A stretch of DNA of 64,000 nt from an uncultured Bacteroidaceae bacterium (GCA_964572225.1 CAZNFR010000002.1:2924-66923); one strand, 5' to 3'. Shown: positions 47,794 through 58,620, counted from the first letter of the stretch. The notes: a model not told the origin generated them from the letters alone. Made by a program: numbers and translations.

Positions 47794-49404
47794 TTATGTC
47801 CCGACTGAGGTAAGTTTTTTTCTTCTGGCTGCAGTTTGAATACATTCCCTTTGGGCAATGATCACGGAGACCCCCGGGTATTCCAGTTCCTGTTTAATAA
47901 TCTTAACATTTGCATCGTGGTCCCTTTTTAGCGGACTAATGGTATGCAAATGTTCTCTTTCCACACCGAGTCCCAGGCAGATTGATTCAATTCTACCGGT
48001 AGCTGATGATTTTTGTCCACCGGTCATACCCGTCGTGGAATTATCGGAAATAATCACGGTGATGGGGGTACTTTCGTTTACTGCATCGAGCAGACCTGTC
48101 ATGCCTGAATGCGTGAAAGTACTATCGCCGATTACTGCCACTGAGGGTAAAAGTCCGGCATCGGCGGCACCTTTGGCCATGGTAATGGACGCCCCCATAT
48201 CGACGCAACTATTAATGGAATCATACGGAGGCAGGGCTCCCAGGGTGTAGCAACCGATATCGGAAAAAGTCCGCCCTTTGCTGTAATAAGCCAGGGCTTC
48301 GTTAAGGGCGAAATACATATCGGCATGACTGCATCCTTTGCAGAGAGCAGGGGGTCTGGATTCTACCACATCCGGGACCTGAAAATGTGATTTTTTCAAT
48401 ATTCCGAGTGAGGAGGCAACCTTACCGGGGTCCAGTTCTCCGGAACGGGGCAGACTTCCATCCATTCTTCCACTTATGGAAACCGGGTTTCCCGAACTAA
48501 AAAATCCACGCAAGTATTCCTCGACGAAGGGATATCCTTCTTCGATCACAAGAATTTCTTCAGAATTTGCAGCGAGAGTCTTTAATTTCTCTTCCGGGAG
48601 TGGGTACTGGGAAATTTTCAACAGATTATAGGGCATCTGAAGTTCATTTTCCACTTCCATAAAATAGTTGTATGCCAATCCGCAGCAAATAATTCCGAGT
48701 TTTGCATCATTCAAACTCAGTTTGTTAAATGCGGAAGAAGAGGAATATTGTTCAAAATCATTCTGGTTATCCAGAAGAATCTCATACTTTTTGCGTGCAA
48801 TGGAGGGAAGCAGAATAAATTGTCTCAGATCCTGCGGAAGATTCAGGTCATTTTGTGATGCCGGATGGCTTTTGACCTTAACAATGGCTCTTGAATGGGC
48901 CAGTCTGGTTGTGATTCTTAGCAACACCGGAACCCTGGATTTCTCCGATAGTTGAAAACCGTATTCAACCATATCGTAGGCTTCCTGCTGGTTAGATGGC
49001 TCCAGCATCGGCACTCTGGCAAATTTTCCATAAAACCTTGAATCCTGCTCATTTTGAGAAGAATGCATGGAAGGATCATCGGCTACCGCAATGATCAATC
49101 CACCGTTTACCCCTGTCATTGCAGCATTGATAAAGGGATCGGCTGCCACATTAAGTCCGACATGTTTCATACATGCCATGGCTCTTTTGCCTGCATACGA
49201 CATGCCTAGTGCGGTTTCAAGGGCGGTCTTTTCATTGGAGGTCCATTCTGAATGCACGCCGGTATCTTTTGCCAGTTTTGAGGATTGAACATATTCCGTG
49301 ATCTCGGTTGAGGGCGTGCCCGGATAAGCATAAATACCGGATAATCCGGCATCAATGGCGCCCTGAGCAATTGCTTCATCCCCGAGTAGAATCATCTTTT
49401 TCAT
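47794..49404 (-). CDS. iorA: indolepyruvate:ferredoxin oxidoreductase subunit alpha
   Basis: MKKMILLGDEAIAQGAIDAGLSGIYAYPGTPSTEI, a TPP-binding region (GDSTFTHSG), and cysteine clusters. The track ORF has an 87-aa 5' extension that overlaps yjbQ and was removed. Confidence 0.88.
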   Translation of the reverse strand: MKKMILLGDEAIAQGAIDAGLSGIYAYPGTPSTEITEYVQSSKLAKDTGVHSEWTSNEKTALETALGMSYAGKRAMACMKHVGLNVAADPFINAAMTGVNGGLIIAVADDPSMHSSQNEQDSRFYGKFARVPMLEPSNQQEAYDMVEYGFQLSEKSRVPVLLRITTRLAHSRAIVKVKSHPASQNDLNLPQDLRQFILLPSIARKKYEILLDNQNDFEQYSSSSAFNKLSLNDAKLGIICCGLAYNYFMEVENELQMPYNLLKISQYPLPEEKLKTLAANSEEILVIEEGYPFVEEYLRGFFSSGNPVSISGRMDGSLPRSGELDPGKVASSLGILKKSHFQVPDVVESRPPALCKGCSHADMYFALNEALAYYSKGRTFSDIGCYTLGALPPYDSINSCVDMGASITMAKGAADAGLLPSVAVIGDSTFTHSGMTGLLDAVNESTPITVIISDNSTTGMTGGQKSSATGRIESICLGLGVEREHLHTISPLKRDHDANVKIIKQELEYPGVSVIIAQRECIQTAARRKKLTSVGT

Positions 49405-49504
49405 AAACTTTGTTAGTTTGTAATTCAATTTCCAACTAAAATGAAGGGCTAATTTAAGTAAATGACCAGGGTTGAACCATGATAAAAGCAACTCATTTCT
49501 ATGT

Positions 49505-49915
49505 TTAAGAATAGACGGTAAGGATGAGTTTTCTGGATCCTCCGCTGTTCCTGAACTCACAGAGGTAGATTCCCTGCCATGTTCCGAGGTTAAGACTATG
49601 TCGGGTAATCGGGACCGTAAGATTTTGCCCAAGCAATGAAGATTTGAGATGAGCAGGCATATCATCGGATCCTTCCAGTGTATGGGTAAAAACCGGATCG
49701 TTTTCCGGGATCAGTTTATTCATGAATGATTCGAAATCGACTCTGACTGAGGGATCGGCATTTTCGTTCAGCGTGATAGCTGCAGAAGTATGCTTCAGAT
49801 GGATGTTCAGCAGTCCTTTTTCGGGAAGGTCCGGAAGGGCAGATTGTATCTCCGGGGTGATAAGGTGATAGCCTCTTTTGTAAGGCTGAAGGTTTATTTG
49901 AGTTTGTATTACCAT
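49505..49915 (-). CDS. yjbQ: YjbQ/UPF0047 family protein (secondary thiamine-phosphate synthase enzyme)
   Basis: 136 aa with typical motifs (ITPEI, HTSAAITLNENADP, DDMPAHLKSSLLG, LGTWQGIYLCEFR). Confidence 0.85.
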   Translation of the reverse strand: MVIQTQINLQPYKRGYHLITPEIQSALPDLPEKGLLNIHLKHTSAAITLNENADPSVRVDFESFMNKLIPENDPVFTHTLEGSDDMPAHLKSSLLGQNLTVPITRHSLNLGTWQGIYLCEFRNSGGSRKLILTVYS

Positions 49916-50098
49916 TGTACTTTACTATGGGTTAAATGCGAATACAAATTACAAAAATACCGGCAAGGCAGGAAGAAAGCCAGTAATTCCTGTTAAAAAG
50001 CTTTAAAAAACCTGGCAAACATTGATGCTATCCATAGTGTTAATCCAATAACTGCATATTTTTATTAATTTTGGAGTTTAACCTTGGAGCATTGAAGT

Positions 50099-50737
50099 AT
50101 GGGCAGGTTTGTTATTTTTTCGTTACTATTTTCCCTGATAATTACGTTTACTGCGGAAGCACAGGATGAAGATCCAAGACTGATTCAGTTCTCCGGTGTG
50201 ATCAGGAACCTGAAATATGAAACTGTACCCGATGTACATATCATAAATATCAATTCAAAAACGGGGACTACCTCTAATCAAAGGGGAATGTTTTCTTTTA
50301 TCGTCCACCCTTCAGACTCTATTCTTTTTCGGGCCGTAGGCTATAAAAACACCATGGTAGTGATCCCGGATAACCCCGAAAATTCGCATTATCCCAGAGA
50401 TGTTTATCTTTTGAACGACACCATTAGGCTTGCCGAAGTGAAAATATTTCCCTGGAAAAGTTACGAGGAATTCAAGGTGGCTTTTCTGAATCTGGATTTA
50501 CCTGACGATGATGAGCAGAGGGCTTATGATAATATAGCGCTGATCAAAGCTCAGCTTAATATGGATTTTGAGCCCGATGCCCAGCTTGCTTACAAGAATG
50601 TAATGCGGCAGCACAATGAGAAACTTTATTACGCCGGCCAGTATCCCTCTATTTCGGTTTTGAATCCCTTCAACTGGGCTCGTTTTTTTGAGGCCCTTAA
50701 AAACGGGGATTTTAGAAATGATGAGGATGATGAATGA
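50099..50737 (+). CDS. secreted CarboxypepD_reg-like domain protein
   Basis: Signal peptide, then FSGVIRNLKYETVPDVHIININSKTGTTSNQRGMFSF...AVGYK. It lies upstream of a TonB-dependent receptor. Confidence 0.65.
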   Translation: MGRFVIFSLLFSLIITFTAEAQDEDPRLIQFSGVIRNLKYETVPDVHIININSKTGTTSNQRGMFSFIVHPSDSILFRAVGYKNTMVVIPDNPENSHYPRDVYLLNDTIRLAEVKIFPWKSYEEFKVAFLNLDLPDDDEQRAYDNIALIKAQLNMDFEPDAQLAYKNVMRQHNEKLYYAGQYPSISVLNPFNWARFFEALKNGDFRNDEDDE

Positions 50738-50796
50738 ATTCTTTGCTTTTTCAGTGCAATTAATCCTCATTTTTTGAGTTAATTTGAAACGAAAAT

Positions 50797-53265
50797 ATGA
50801 GGAAAATAACCTGCATACTCATCCTATTTTTTGGCACTATTTTGCTGCTTCCTGAGTTATCGGCTCAAACAGTGGTGAGGGGTAAGATTTCGGACAACGA
50901 AAATGAGCCGGTTTTTCTTGCCAATGTTGCAATTAAGGGCCGGAGTATCGGCACCATGACCCGGGCCGATGGAATGTTTGAGTTAAGGATTCCGGAGGAA
51001 GGGGAATACGAGCTGGTGGTTTCTTGTGTGGGTTACAAGACCCGGACTATTGAAATTAACACCCGGGATTCGGAATACCGGGAGATTTTGATCATACTTG
51101 AGCAGGATGTCAGGGAACTCACAGAGGTATCTGTAAGTTCCCGCAGGGAGAGGGCGACCACATTCAATAGTATTGATGTGAGCTCACTCGACCTTCTACC
51201 GAATACAAGCGGATCAATTGAGTCCATCATCAAGACATTACCGGGAGTATCTTCGAACAATGAGCTATCTTCTCAATACTCGGTTCGAGGTGGAAATTTT
51301 GATGAAAATCTCGTGTATGTCAATGACATTGAGATTTACCGTCCTTTTCTTGTCCGATCGGGTCAACAGGAAGGACTGAGTTTCATCAATTCCGATCTGA
51401 TCTCTTCGATCCGGTTTTCGGCCGGGGGATTCGATACGCGGTATGGGGATAAAATGTCATCTGTCCTGGATATTCGTTACCGGGAACCAGACCGGTTTGC
51501 AGGATCAGCATCCATTAGCCTACTTGGAGGAAGCGTACACCTGGAGGATGCCCTGTCGAACGGGAAATTCAGCTATCTTGCGGGATTTCGGTATAAGACC
51601 ACGGCCTATCTTCTCAACAGTCTGGAAACCGAGGGGGATTATGAGCCAAGGTTTACGGATTTTCAGTCATTATTCACCTATCGACCCAGTGAAAAATTAT
51701 CTTTTAGTCTTCTTGCCAATGTTTCCCTGAACCAGTTTAATTTTGTCCCTCAAACCCGGAAAACTGAATTTGGCACTGCCAGTCGCCCACTTAATCTTGT
51801 AATTTTTTACGAAGGGAATGAATCGGACCAGTTTGACACTTATCTGGGAGCCTTCACAACCGAATACAAGCCCAGAAAAGATCTGAGTTTGAAATTTATT
51901 GCAACCACTTTTACAACGAGGGAAAGGGAAAATTTTGACATCCTGGGTCAATACCTTATTAATGAGCTTGATAATACGCCAGGATCCGAGACCTACGGGG
52001 ACAGTATTTTGAATATTGGGATTGGATCTTTTTTAAATCACGCCCGGAACCGTCTGGACGCTTATGTTTTTTCTGCTTTTCATATTGGCAGACTGGATTT
52101 GGGTAACCATCAGGTAAGCTGGGGGGGCCGTTATGAAAATCAGCGCATATTTGACCGGCTCAGTGAATGGCAGGTGGTGGATTCCTCCGGATTTTCCCTT
52201 CCCTACAGCGACAGCGAAGTGAATCTGTGGGATGTAATTAAGGCCAAAAACAACGTGCTGAACGGACGCTTTTCCGGATTTTTCCAGGATACCTGGGGAT
52301 TCAGGGGGCTCCGAAATGAGTATTATATAACCGCCGGAATCAGAGGTAGTTACCAGGAGTTAAATAAGCAATTTCTGGTAAGTCCCCGAGCCACAATCTC
52401 TTTAAAGCCTGAATGGGAAAGGGATATTATGTTTCATTTTTCGACCGGCATCTATTACCAACCCCCCTTTTTCAAGGAAATGCGTGATTATTCGGGTAAT
52501 GTGAATAAAGAGTTGAAGGCTCAGCAATCCATACATTTTGTTTTAGGGGGTGATTACATTTTCTCTGCCTGGGAAAGGCCTTTCAAATTTACAACGGAAC
52601 TCTACTACAAATTTCTGGACAATCTGGTTCCCTATAAGGTTGACAATGTCAGGCTCCGTTATGCGGGAGATAATCTTGCCCGTGGGTATGCGACAGGAAT
52701 TGATTTCAAGATTAACGGTGAATTTGTGAAAGGAGCAGAATCCTGGGCCAGTCTGTCCTTTCTCAGGACGCGGGAAAACATAGATGGGGATTTTTATATA
52801 ATTGAAAATGAAGAGGGAAACCAGGAAAGGATTGAGCCAGGATTTTATCCACGACCTACGGATCAGCTCATGACTTTCGGGCTTTTCTTTCAGGATTATC
52901 TGCCGAATAATCCGGATTATAAAGTCAGCCTGAATTTCCTTTATGGTTCCAGGCTGGCATATGGGTCGCCCGACCGCGACCGTTATGACAATGTATACAG
53001 GCTTCCTGCTTATCGCAGGGTTGACATAGGGTTTTCAAAAGTACTAAAGAGGCAGGATTCGGTTTTAGGGGAGAACAATCCTTTTCGTCATTTTACCGAC
53101 ATATGGGTAAGTGCCGAAATTTTCAATCTCTTGGGTATAAATAACACCATATCTTATTTATGGGTTAGGACTGTGGGAAGTCAGGCAGGGGTTCCAGGTC
53201 AGTTTGCTGTCCCTAATTACCTCACATCAAGAAGGTTCAATATTAAGCTTACGGCGAAATTTTAG
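50797..53265 (+). CDS. TonB-dependent receptor (CarboxypepD_reg, plug, beta-barrel; not SusC/SusD-paired)
   Basis: VRGKISDNENEPVFLANVAIKG..., a plug region (LPGVSSNNELSSQYSVRGGNFDENLVYVNDIEIY), a long beta-barrel, and a terminal aromatic residue (KLTAKF). Confidence 0.85.
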   Translation: MRKITCILILFFGTILLLPELSAQTVVRGKISDNENEPVFLANVAIKGRSIGTMTRADGMFELRIPEEGEYELVVSCVGYKTRTIEINTRDSEYREILIILEQDVRELTEVSVSSRRERATTFNSIDVSSLDLLPNTSGSIESIIKTLPGVSSNNELSSQYSVRGGNFDENLVYVNDIEIYRPFLVRSGQQEGLSFINSDLISSIRFSAGGFDTRYGDKMSSVLDIRYREPDRFAGSASISLLGGSVHLEDALSNGKFSYLAGFRYKTTAYLLNSLETEGDYEPRFTDFQSLFTYRPSEKLSFSLLANVSLNQFNFVPQTRKTEFGTASRPLNLVIFYEGNESDQFDTYLGAFTTEYKPRKDLSLKFIATTFTTRERENFDILGQYLINELDNTPGSETYGDSILNIGIGSFLNHARNRLDAYVFSAFHIGRLDLGNHQVSWGGRYENQRIFDRLSEWQVVDSSGFSLPYSDSEVNLWDVIKAKNNVLNGRFSGFFQDTWGFRGLRNEYYITAGIRGSYQELNKQFLVSPRATISLKPEWERDIMFHFSTGIYYQPPFFKEMRDYSGNVNKELKAQQSIHFVLGGDYIFSAWERPFKFTTELYYKFLDNLVPYKVDNVRLRYAGDNLARGYATGIDFKINGEFVKGAESWASLSFLRTRENIDGDFYIIENEEGNQERIEPGFYPRPTDQLMTFGLFFQDYLPNNPDYKVSLNFLYGSRLAYGSPDRDRYDNVYRLPAYRRVDIGFSKVLKRQDSVLGENNPFRHFTDIWVSAEIFNLLGINNTISYLWVRTVGSQAGVPGQFAVPNYLTSRRFNIKLTAKF

Positions 53266-53842
53266 ATGCCGGATTTCCGAAGGTACCCTGGAAAACAAAT
53301 TCATTCAAATTTTTTCTTGAGCGTTTTTTTAATTCCCGTCTTTTGAGCTCTACAGGGAGGTGGTCTATTTCACCGTGGTATCCCAGAGCTATCATGGCTG
53401 CCGGTTTGAATTCTTCAGGGATTTTGAATACCTCAACGGCTTTTTCCGCATTGAAACCTGCCATGGGATGAAGGTAGAAGCCCATGGATGTTGCCTGGAT
53501 CATCAGGTTTGCCGTAGCCATTCCCAGATCATGCATAGCATAGGCATTAGGTTTGTTATTATAGTCTGATATTACCTGAGCAAGGGTAAGGATCAGAGCC
53601 GGGGCCTCCTTTGCCCAATAATTTCCATCATTAAGTAGATCTGCCAGTTTTTCAAATTCGGCCCCTTCATCCTTTAAAGCATAAATAAAACTCCAGGGTT
53701 GTGCATTCCGGCTTGAGGGTGCCCATCTTGCTGCATCAAAAAGCAGCTTCATATCTTTGTGGTCCGGCAAGTCTGGTGAGAAGGACACCACAGACCGTCT
53801 TTTGCTAATCAGGGGATGTATTGTTTTCACGTTCATTTCCAT
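53249..53842 (-). CDS. nitroreductase family protein
   Basis: KRRSVVSF, APSSRNAQPW and the overall FMN nitroreductase fold pattern. The 3' end overlaps the convergent receptor gene by 17 nt. Confidence 0.85.
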   Translation of the reverse strand: MEMNVKTIHPLISKRRSVVSFSPDLPDHKDMKLLFDAARWAPSSRNAQPWSFIYALKDEGAEFEKLADLLNDGNYWAKEAPALILTLAQVISDYNNKPNAYAMHDLGMATANLMIQATSMGFYLHPMAGFNAEKAVEVFKIPEEFKPAAMIALGYHGEIDHLPVELKRRELKKRSRKNLNEFVFQGTFGNPASKISP

Positions 53843-54018
53843 GATCTATATCTTTGAAATAGTAACATTTCTGGTATTAAAATGTTCTTGAGTAAGGGGC
53901 TGGATAATCCCTTCAGGTGAATTTTGATTGGTAGTGGATAATTTTATCAAAAGCCCCTGTTTTTTCGAATCAATAAAGTATTTTTGAATCTTATTGTTTA
54001 ATCAAAAAAAATACCTTC

Positions 54019-55227
54019 ATGAATACACAGGATTATATCAGCAGAGAAGATAAATATGGTGCGCACAATTACCATCCCCTGCCGGTTGTACTTGACCGGG
54101 GAGAAGGGGTGTATGTATGGGATGTGGAAGGAAAAAAGTATTTCGATTTTTTATCCGCTTACTCTGCTGTAAATCAAGGACATTGTAATCCTAAAATCGT
54201 TAATGCCCTTTGTGAGCAGTCCAAAAAGCTGAATCTGACCTCGAGGGCATTTTACAACAGTGTCCTGGGTGAGTTTGAGGAATTTGTGACCCGGTATTTT
54301 GGTTATGACAAGGTATTACCGATGAATAGTGGTGCTGAAGGTGACGAAACGGCGTTAAAATTATGTCGCAAATGGGCCTATGAAAAAAAGGGAATACCTG
54401 AAAATGAAGCGAAAATTGTGGTTTGCGAGGGTAATTTTCATGGACGGACGATCACCATTATTTCCATGTCGACCGACCCTGATTCTTATAAGGGCTTTGG
54501 ACCTTATACCCCCGGGTTTATCAAGATCCCCTACAACGACATACCGGCCCTGGAAAAAGCATTGGAAGATCCATTGGTAGCAGGCTTTCTGGTTGAACCC
54601 ATACAGGGGGAAGCCGGCGTATATGTTCCGGAAGACGGCTATCTGAGTAAGGTTTATGAGCTATGCAAATCCAAAAATGTTCTGTTTATTGCCGATGAGG
54701 TTCAAACGGGTATTGCCCGGACAGGACGACTTCTTGCCTGTGATCATGAGGATGTCAGACCCGACATCCTGATCCTGGGTAAGGCATTGTCGGGAGGAGT
54801 ATATCCGGTTTCTGCTGTACTTGCGGATGATGAAATAATGCTTACCATCAAACCCGGGGAACATGGATCTACCTATGGAGGAAATCCCGTTGCTGCCAAG
54901 GTAGCCATTGCTGCCCTGGAAGTAATCAAGGAAGAAAATCTTGAAGAGAATGCCCGGAATCTTGGGGAGATCTTCAGAGCGGAAATGAAATCCATTCATT
55001 CTCCCATGGTTGAGCTGGTCAGAGGTAAAGGTCTGCTGAATGCGATTGTAATCAAACCCAAGGATGGAAAAACCGCCTGGGATGTTTGTGTTGCCTTGAA
55101 GGATAACGGTCTCCTTGCAAAACCCACACATGAGCATATCATCAGATTTGCCCCTCCTTTGGTAATCACGGAAGAACAGTTAAGGGAAGCTATGGAGATC
55201 ATCAAAAAGACCATTCTGTCTTTTTGA
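54019..55227 (+). CDS. rocD: ornithine--oxo-acid aminotransferase
   Basis: [44 protein letters not shown] and [16 protein letters not shown], with the PLP lysine in ILGKALSGG. Confidence 0.9.
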   Translation: MNTQDYISREDKYGAHNYHPLPVVLDRGEGVYVWDVEGKKYFDFLSAYSAVNQGHCNPKIVNALCEQSKKLNLTSRAFYNSVLGEFEEFVTRYFGYDKVLPMNSGAEGDETALKLCRKWAYEKKGIPENEAKIVVCEGNFHGRTITIISMSTDPDSYKGFGPYTPGFIKIPYNDIPALEKALEDPLVAGFLVEPIQGEAGVYVPEDGYLSKVYELCKSKNVLFIADEVQTGIARTGRLLACDHEDVRPDILILGKALSGGVYPVSAVLADDEIMLTIKPGEHGSTYGGNPVAAKVAIAALEVIKEENLEENARNLGEIFRAEMKSIHSPMVELVRGKGLLNAIVIKPKDGKTAWDVCVALKDNGLLAKPTHEHIIRFAPPLVITEEQLREAMEIIKKTILSF

Positions 55228-55304
55228 TCCCAAAAACCTGCGATTCTTTATTTTGTTGAAGTAAAAAAATACGTAGTTTTAAGACTTCAATAAACGGAAT
55301 AATT

Positions 55305-57257
55305 ATGTCTGATTTTTTGGATTTCATCGATCCCACCACAGATCCCGGGACGAATTTTTATCAATATGCCAATGGAGGATGGATAAAAAAGAACCCCCTG
55401 CCCCCCGAATTTAGTCGTTACGGCACCTTTGATAAGCTTGCAGAGCAAAATCAGGTTTTAATCCGGACTCTTATTGAGGACCTTTCAGCAGAAGAAAATG
55501 GGGAAGGGAGCATTGAAAAGAAGATCGGTGATTTTTTTACTGCGGGAATGAATGAGGCCATGGCTGAAAGCCTGGGTATGGAGCCAATCAGGAAGGATCT
55601 GGAAAGAATTGAAAAAATAAAAGACATAAATAGTCTGTGTAATTGCCTTGTAGAATTTCACACAGAGAACAATCAGCTTCTCTTTCATTATTTTGGTGCT
55701 CCAGACAAGGCTAACTCTTCCATGATAATTGCCAATTTATACCAGGGGGGCCTCGGACTTCCCGATGTTGATTATTATCTTTTGCAGGATGAGAAATCTG
55801 AAGAAATACGGTCCCGGTACCGGGAATACATTGTAAGTTTGTTTAATCATGCAGGATTTCATGAAACTGCCTCACCTGAAATTGCGGAAATAATATTCGG
55901 GATGGAAGAAAATCTTGCCAGGTCCAGTATGACGAGACTTGAGAGAAGGGATCCCGAGAAAACCTACCATAAGAAAGCGATCGGGGAGGTAATCAGTGAG
56001 TTTTCTGAATTTCCCTGGAATGAATATCTCACACAAATGGGAACTCCGGAGGTAAGAGAAATAAACCTTGCCCAGCCTGATTTTTTCAGGGAAATAAGCA
56101 GGATGTTCAGGGAAACGGATCTTAATCATTGGAAGTATTACCTTCAGTGGCAGGTAATAAACTCTTCTGCCCCCTATCTAAATTCCGCCCTGGTAAATGC
56201 CCATTTTGATTTTTATGGTAAATACCTTTCGGGAAAAAGCAGTCTTCAGCCCCGATGGAAAAGAGTCATAAACCTTGCTGATATAGCGCTGGGTGAAGCC
56301 ATTGGACAAAAGTACGTAGAGCGTCATTTCCCTTCCTCTGCTAAAGCCAGAATGCTGGAAATGGTTGAAAATCTCAGGGAAGCTCTTGCCCTTAGGATGG
56401 GGGAATCGACCTGGATGAGTGAAGCCACACGTGAACTGGCCAAAGACAAGCTTGCCAGAATGAGGGTGAAAATCGGATATCCGGAAAAGTGGAGAGATTA
56501 TACAGGTTTGGAAATCAGTGCGGAACATTTTTTTGCAAATATAAAGTCAGCATCACGGTTCAATCTCGAATACAGGATGAACAAAATTGGAAAACCTGTA
56601 GATCCGGATGAATGGGCCATGACACCGCAAACGGTGAATGCTTATTATAGTCCCAGCCGAAATGAGGTTGTTTTTCCAGCAGGGATTCTTCAGCCGCCGT
56701 TTTTTTATCCTGAGGGAGACGATGCGATTAACTATGGATCCATCGGGATGGTAATCGGACATGAAATGACCCATGGATTTGATGATCAGGGAAGAAAATA
56801 TGATAAAGAAGGAAATCTGAAGGATTGGTGGACGGATGAGGATTCTGCAAGATTTGAGGAGAAAGCAGCCATACTTGTGGAACAGTTTAACAAGGTGGAA
56901 ATCGTTGATGGAGTGCATGCAAACGGGAAGCTGACTCTTGGGGAGAATATTGCAGATCTGGGGGGATTGTATGTTGCGCTCACAGCGCTTAAAATTGCAT
57001 GGGAAAAGAATTCTCCTGAGGAAAAAACCGGAGGGTATACCCCAATTCAACGTTTTTTTCTTTCCTATGCTCATGTCTGGGCACAGAATATTACCAGGGA
57101 GGAGTTGTTAAGAAGGGTACGTGAGGATGTACACTCATCCGGCAGTCTGCGGGTAAACGGTCCCCTTGCAAATATGCCCGAATTTCATGAGGCATTTGGA
57201 ATTGAAGAGGGTAAGCCTATGCATATAATGGCTGAAGAAAGGGCCCAACTCTGGTGA
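55305..57257 (+). CDS. M13-family zinc metallopeptidase (PepO/neprilysin-like), no signal peptide
   Basis: HEMTHGFD zinc motif, ENIADLGG, and C-terminal NGPLANMPEF. An in-frame stop about 48 nt upstream of the ATG precludes a longer N-terminus. Confidence 0.88.
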   Translation: MSDFLDFIDPTTDPGTNFYQYANGGWIKKNPLPPEFSRYGTFDKLAEQNQVLIRTLIEDLSAEENGEGSIEKKIGDFFTAGMNEAMAESLGMEPIRKDLERIEKIKDINSLCNCLVEFHTENNQLLFHYFGAPDKANSSMIIANLYQGGLGLPDVDYYLLQDEKSEEIRSRYREYIVSLFNHAGFHETASPEIAEIIFGMEENLARSSMTRLERRDPEKTYHKKAIGEVISEFSEFPWNEYLTQMGTPEVREINLAQPDFFREISRMFRETDLNHWKYYLQWQVINSSAPYLNSALVNAHFDFYGKYLSGKSSLQPRWKRVINLADIALGEAIGQKYVERHFPSSAKARMLEMVENLREALALRMGESTWMSEATRELAKDKLARMRVKIGYPEKWRDYTGLEISAEHFFANIKSASRFNLEYRMNKIGKPVDPDEWAMTPQTVNAYYSPSRNEVVFPAGILQPPFFYPEGDDAINYGSIGMVIGHEMTHGFDDQGRKYDKEGNLKDWWTDEDSARFEEKAAILVEQFNKVEIVDGVHANGKLTLGENIADLGGLYVALTALKIAWEKNSPEEKTGGYTPIQRFFLSYAHVWAQNITREELLRRVREDVHSSGSLRVNGPLANMPEFHEAFGIEEGKPMHIMAEERAQLW

Positions 57258-57259
57258 CC

Positions 57260-57856
57260 TTACTTTTTATGTCTCTCTTTCAGGACTGCAGCTACGTCTT
57301 TGAGCCTTTTACCTCTTTCAACCAGAAGAACTTCGAGGTGGTACAAAAGATCTGCGGCTTCATTGAGAAAAAGTTCATCATTACTATCTTTGGCTTCGAT
57401 CACCAGTTCAACGGCTTCTTCACCCAGTTTTTTCGCAATTTTATTTACTCCTTTTTTAAATAGTTTCGTAGTATAGGAGCCTTCGGGCATTTCCTTTTTT
57501 CTTCGGTAAATCAGGTCTTCGAGAGTCTGCAGGAAATCTATTCCTTCGTGGTTCTTTTCATCGAAACAGGTATCCTGTCCGGTATGGCAGACGGGTCCGG
57601 AGGGTATGGCTTTAATTAGCAGGGTATCTTTATCGCAATCAGGAATAATTTCCTTTACTTTTAAGTAGTTACCGCTCTCCTCCCCTTTGGTCCATAATCG
57701 TTCTTTGGACCTTGACCAGAAAGTTACCAGCCCGGTTTTTTTCGTTTTTTTCAACGATTCTTTGTTCATAAAGCCGACCATGAGTACTACTCCTGAGTCG
57801 TCATCCTGTATTACGGCAGGGACCAGTCCGTTTAGTTTTGAAAAATCCAGATCCAT
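57260..57856 (-). CDS. hisIE: bifunctional phosphoribosyl-AMP cyclohydrolase / phosphoribosyl-ATP diphosphatase
   Basis: LVPAVIQD...WSRSKERLWTKGEESGN, then a C-terminal PRA-PH helical domain (KKLGEEAVELVIEA). Confidence 0.93.
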   Translation of the reverse strand: MDLDFSKLNGLVPAVIQDDDSGVVLMVGFMNKESLKKTKKTGLVTFWSRSKERLWTKGEESGNYLKVKEIIPDCDKDTLLIKAIPSGPVCHTGQDTCFDEKNHEGIDFLQTLEDLIYRRKKEMPEGSYTTKLFKKGVNKIAKKLGEEAVELVIEAKDSNDELFLNEAADLLYHLEVLLVERGKRLKDVAAVLKERHKK

Positions 57857-57859
57857 AGT

Positions 57860-58615
57860 TTATCGAATGGTTATGTTATTTTCTTTAAGAGTTTTCTTCA
57901 ATCTGGGAATGGGGATCTCATTGAAATGAAAAATGCTGGCAGCCAGGGCTGCATCGGCTTTTCCCTCAATGAAAACATCAAGAAAATCCTTTTCACTTCC
58001 GGCCCCGCCGCTGGCAATCACCGGGATAGACAAGGATGAAGTCAGCCTGGCCAGTGCATCATTGGCAAAACCATTTTTCGTTCCGTCATGGTTCATGGAA
58101 GTAAAGAGAATTTCCCCGGCTCCTCTTGATTCGGCTTCGCGGGTCCAGGAAAAAAGCTCCTTATCTGTTTTTTTTCTTCCTCCGTTCACATAAACCCACC
58201 ATTTCCCATCTGTTTCCAATTTTGCGTCCACAGCGACCACTACGAATTGGTTTCCAAAGCTACCGGCAATTTCACTAACCAGCTGCGGATTGCGGACTGC
58301 AGATGAGTTTACCGAGATCTTATCGGCTCCGGCATCCAAAAGTTTACCGGCATCTTTAATCTCATTGATCCCTCCCCCAACGGTAAAGGGAATATTTAAA
58401 TGTTCTGCAATGCGACGTACCAGGTCGGTAAATAATTTCCTTTTCTCATGGGTAGCGGTTATATCGAGGTACACCAGTTCATCCGCTCCTTCTCTGGCAT
58501 ATTTGGCGCCCAGTTCGACCGGGTCGCCGACATCCCGGATGTTTAAAAAATTGATACCCTTCACTGTTTTTCCATCCCTGATATCCAGGCAGGGAATGAT
58601 TCGTTTTGCAAGCAT
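57860..58615 (-). CDS. hisF: imidazole glycerol phosphate synthase cyclase subunit
   Basis: [32 protein letters not shown] and IASGGAG. Confidence 0.95.
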   Translation of the reverse strand: MLAKRIIPCLDIRDGKTVKGINFLNIRDVGDPVELGAKYAREGADELVYLDITATHEKRKLFTDLVRRIAEHLNIPFTVGGGINEIKDAGKLLDAGADKISVNSSAVRNPQLVSEIAGSFGNQFVVVAVDAKLETDGKWWVYVNGGRKKTDKELFSWTREAESRGAGEILFTSMNHDGTKNGFANDALARLTSSLSIPVIASGGAGSEKDFLDVFIEGKADAALAASIFHFNEIPIPRLKKTLKENNITIR

Positions 58616-58620
58616 ATTTT

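Noticed and set aside
49405-49665. 87-codon N-terminal extension of the iorA ORF in the track.
   Set aside because: It overlaps the well-conserved yjbQ gene in another frame. The conserved IorA N-terminus (MKKMILLGDEAIAQG) begins at 49404.
53249-53265. 17-nt overlap of the convergent 3' ends (TonB-dependent receptor and nitroreductase). Also the zero- or two-nt convergent junctions at 22949/22950 and 27613/27616.
   Set aside because: Tight or overlapping convergent ends are common in compact bacterial genomes. No additional structure was seen.
55305-57257. M13 metallopeptidase without a signal peptide or lipobox, considered as an oddity.
   Set aside because: An in-frame stop upstream confirms the short N-terminus, but cytoplasmic PepO-type M13 enzymes are well known, so this is not anomalous.
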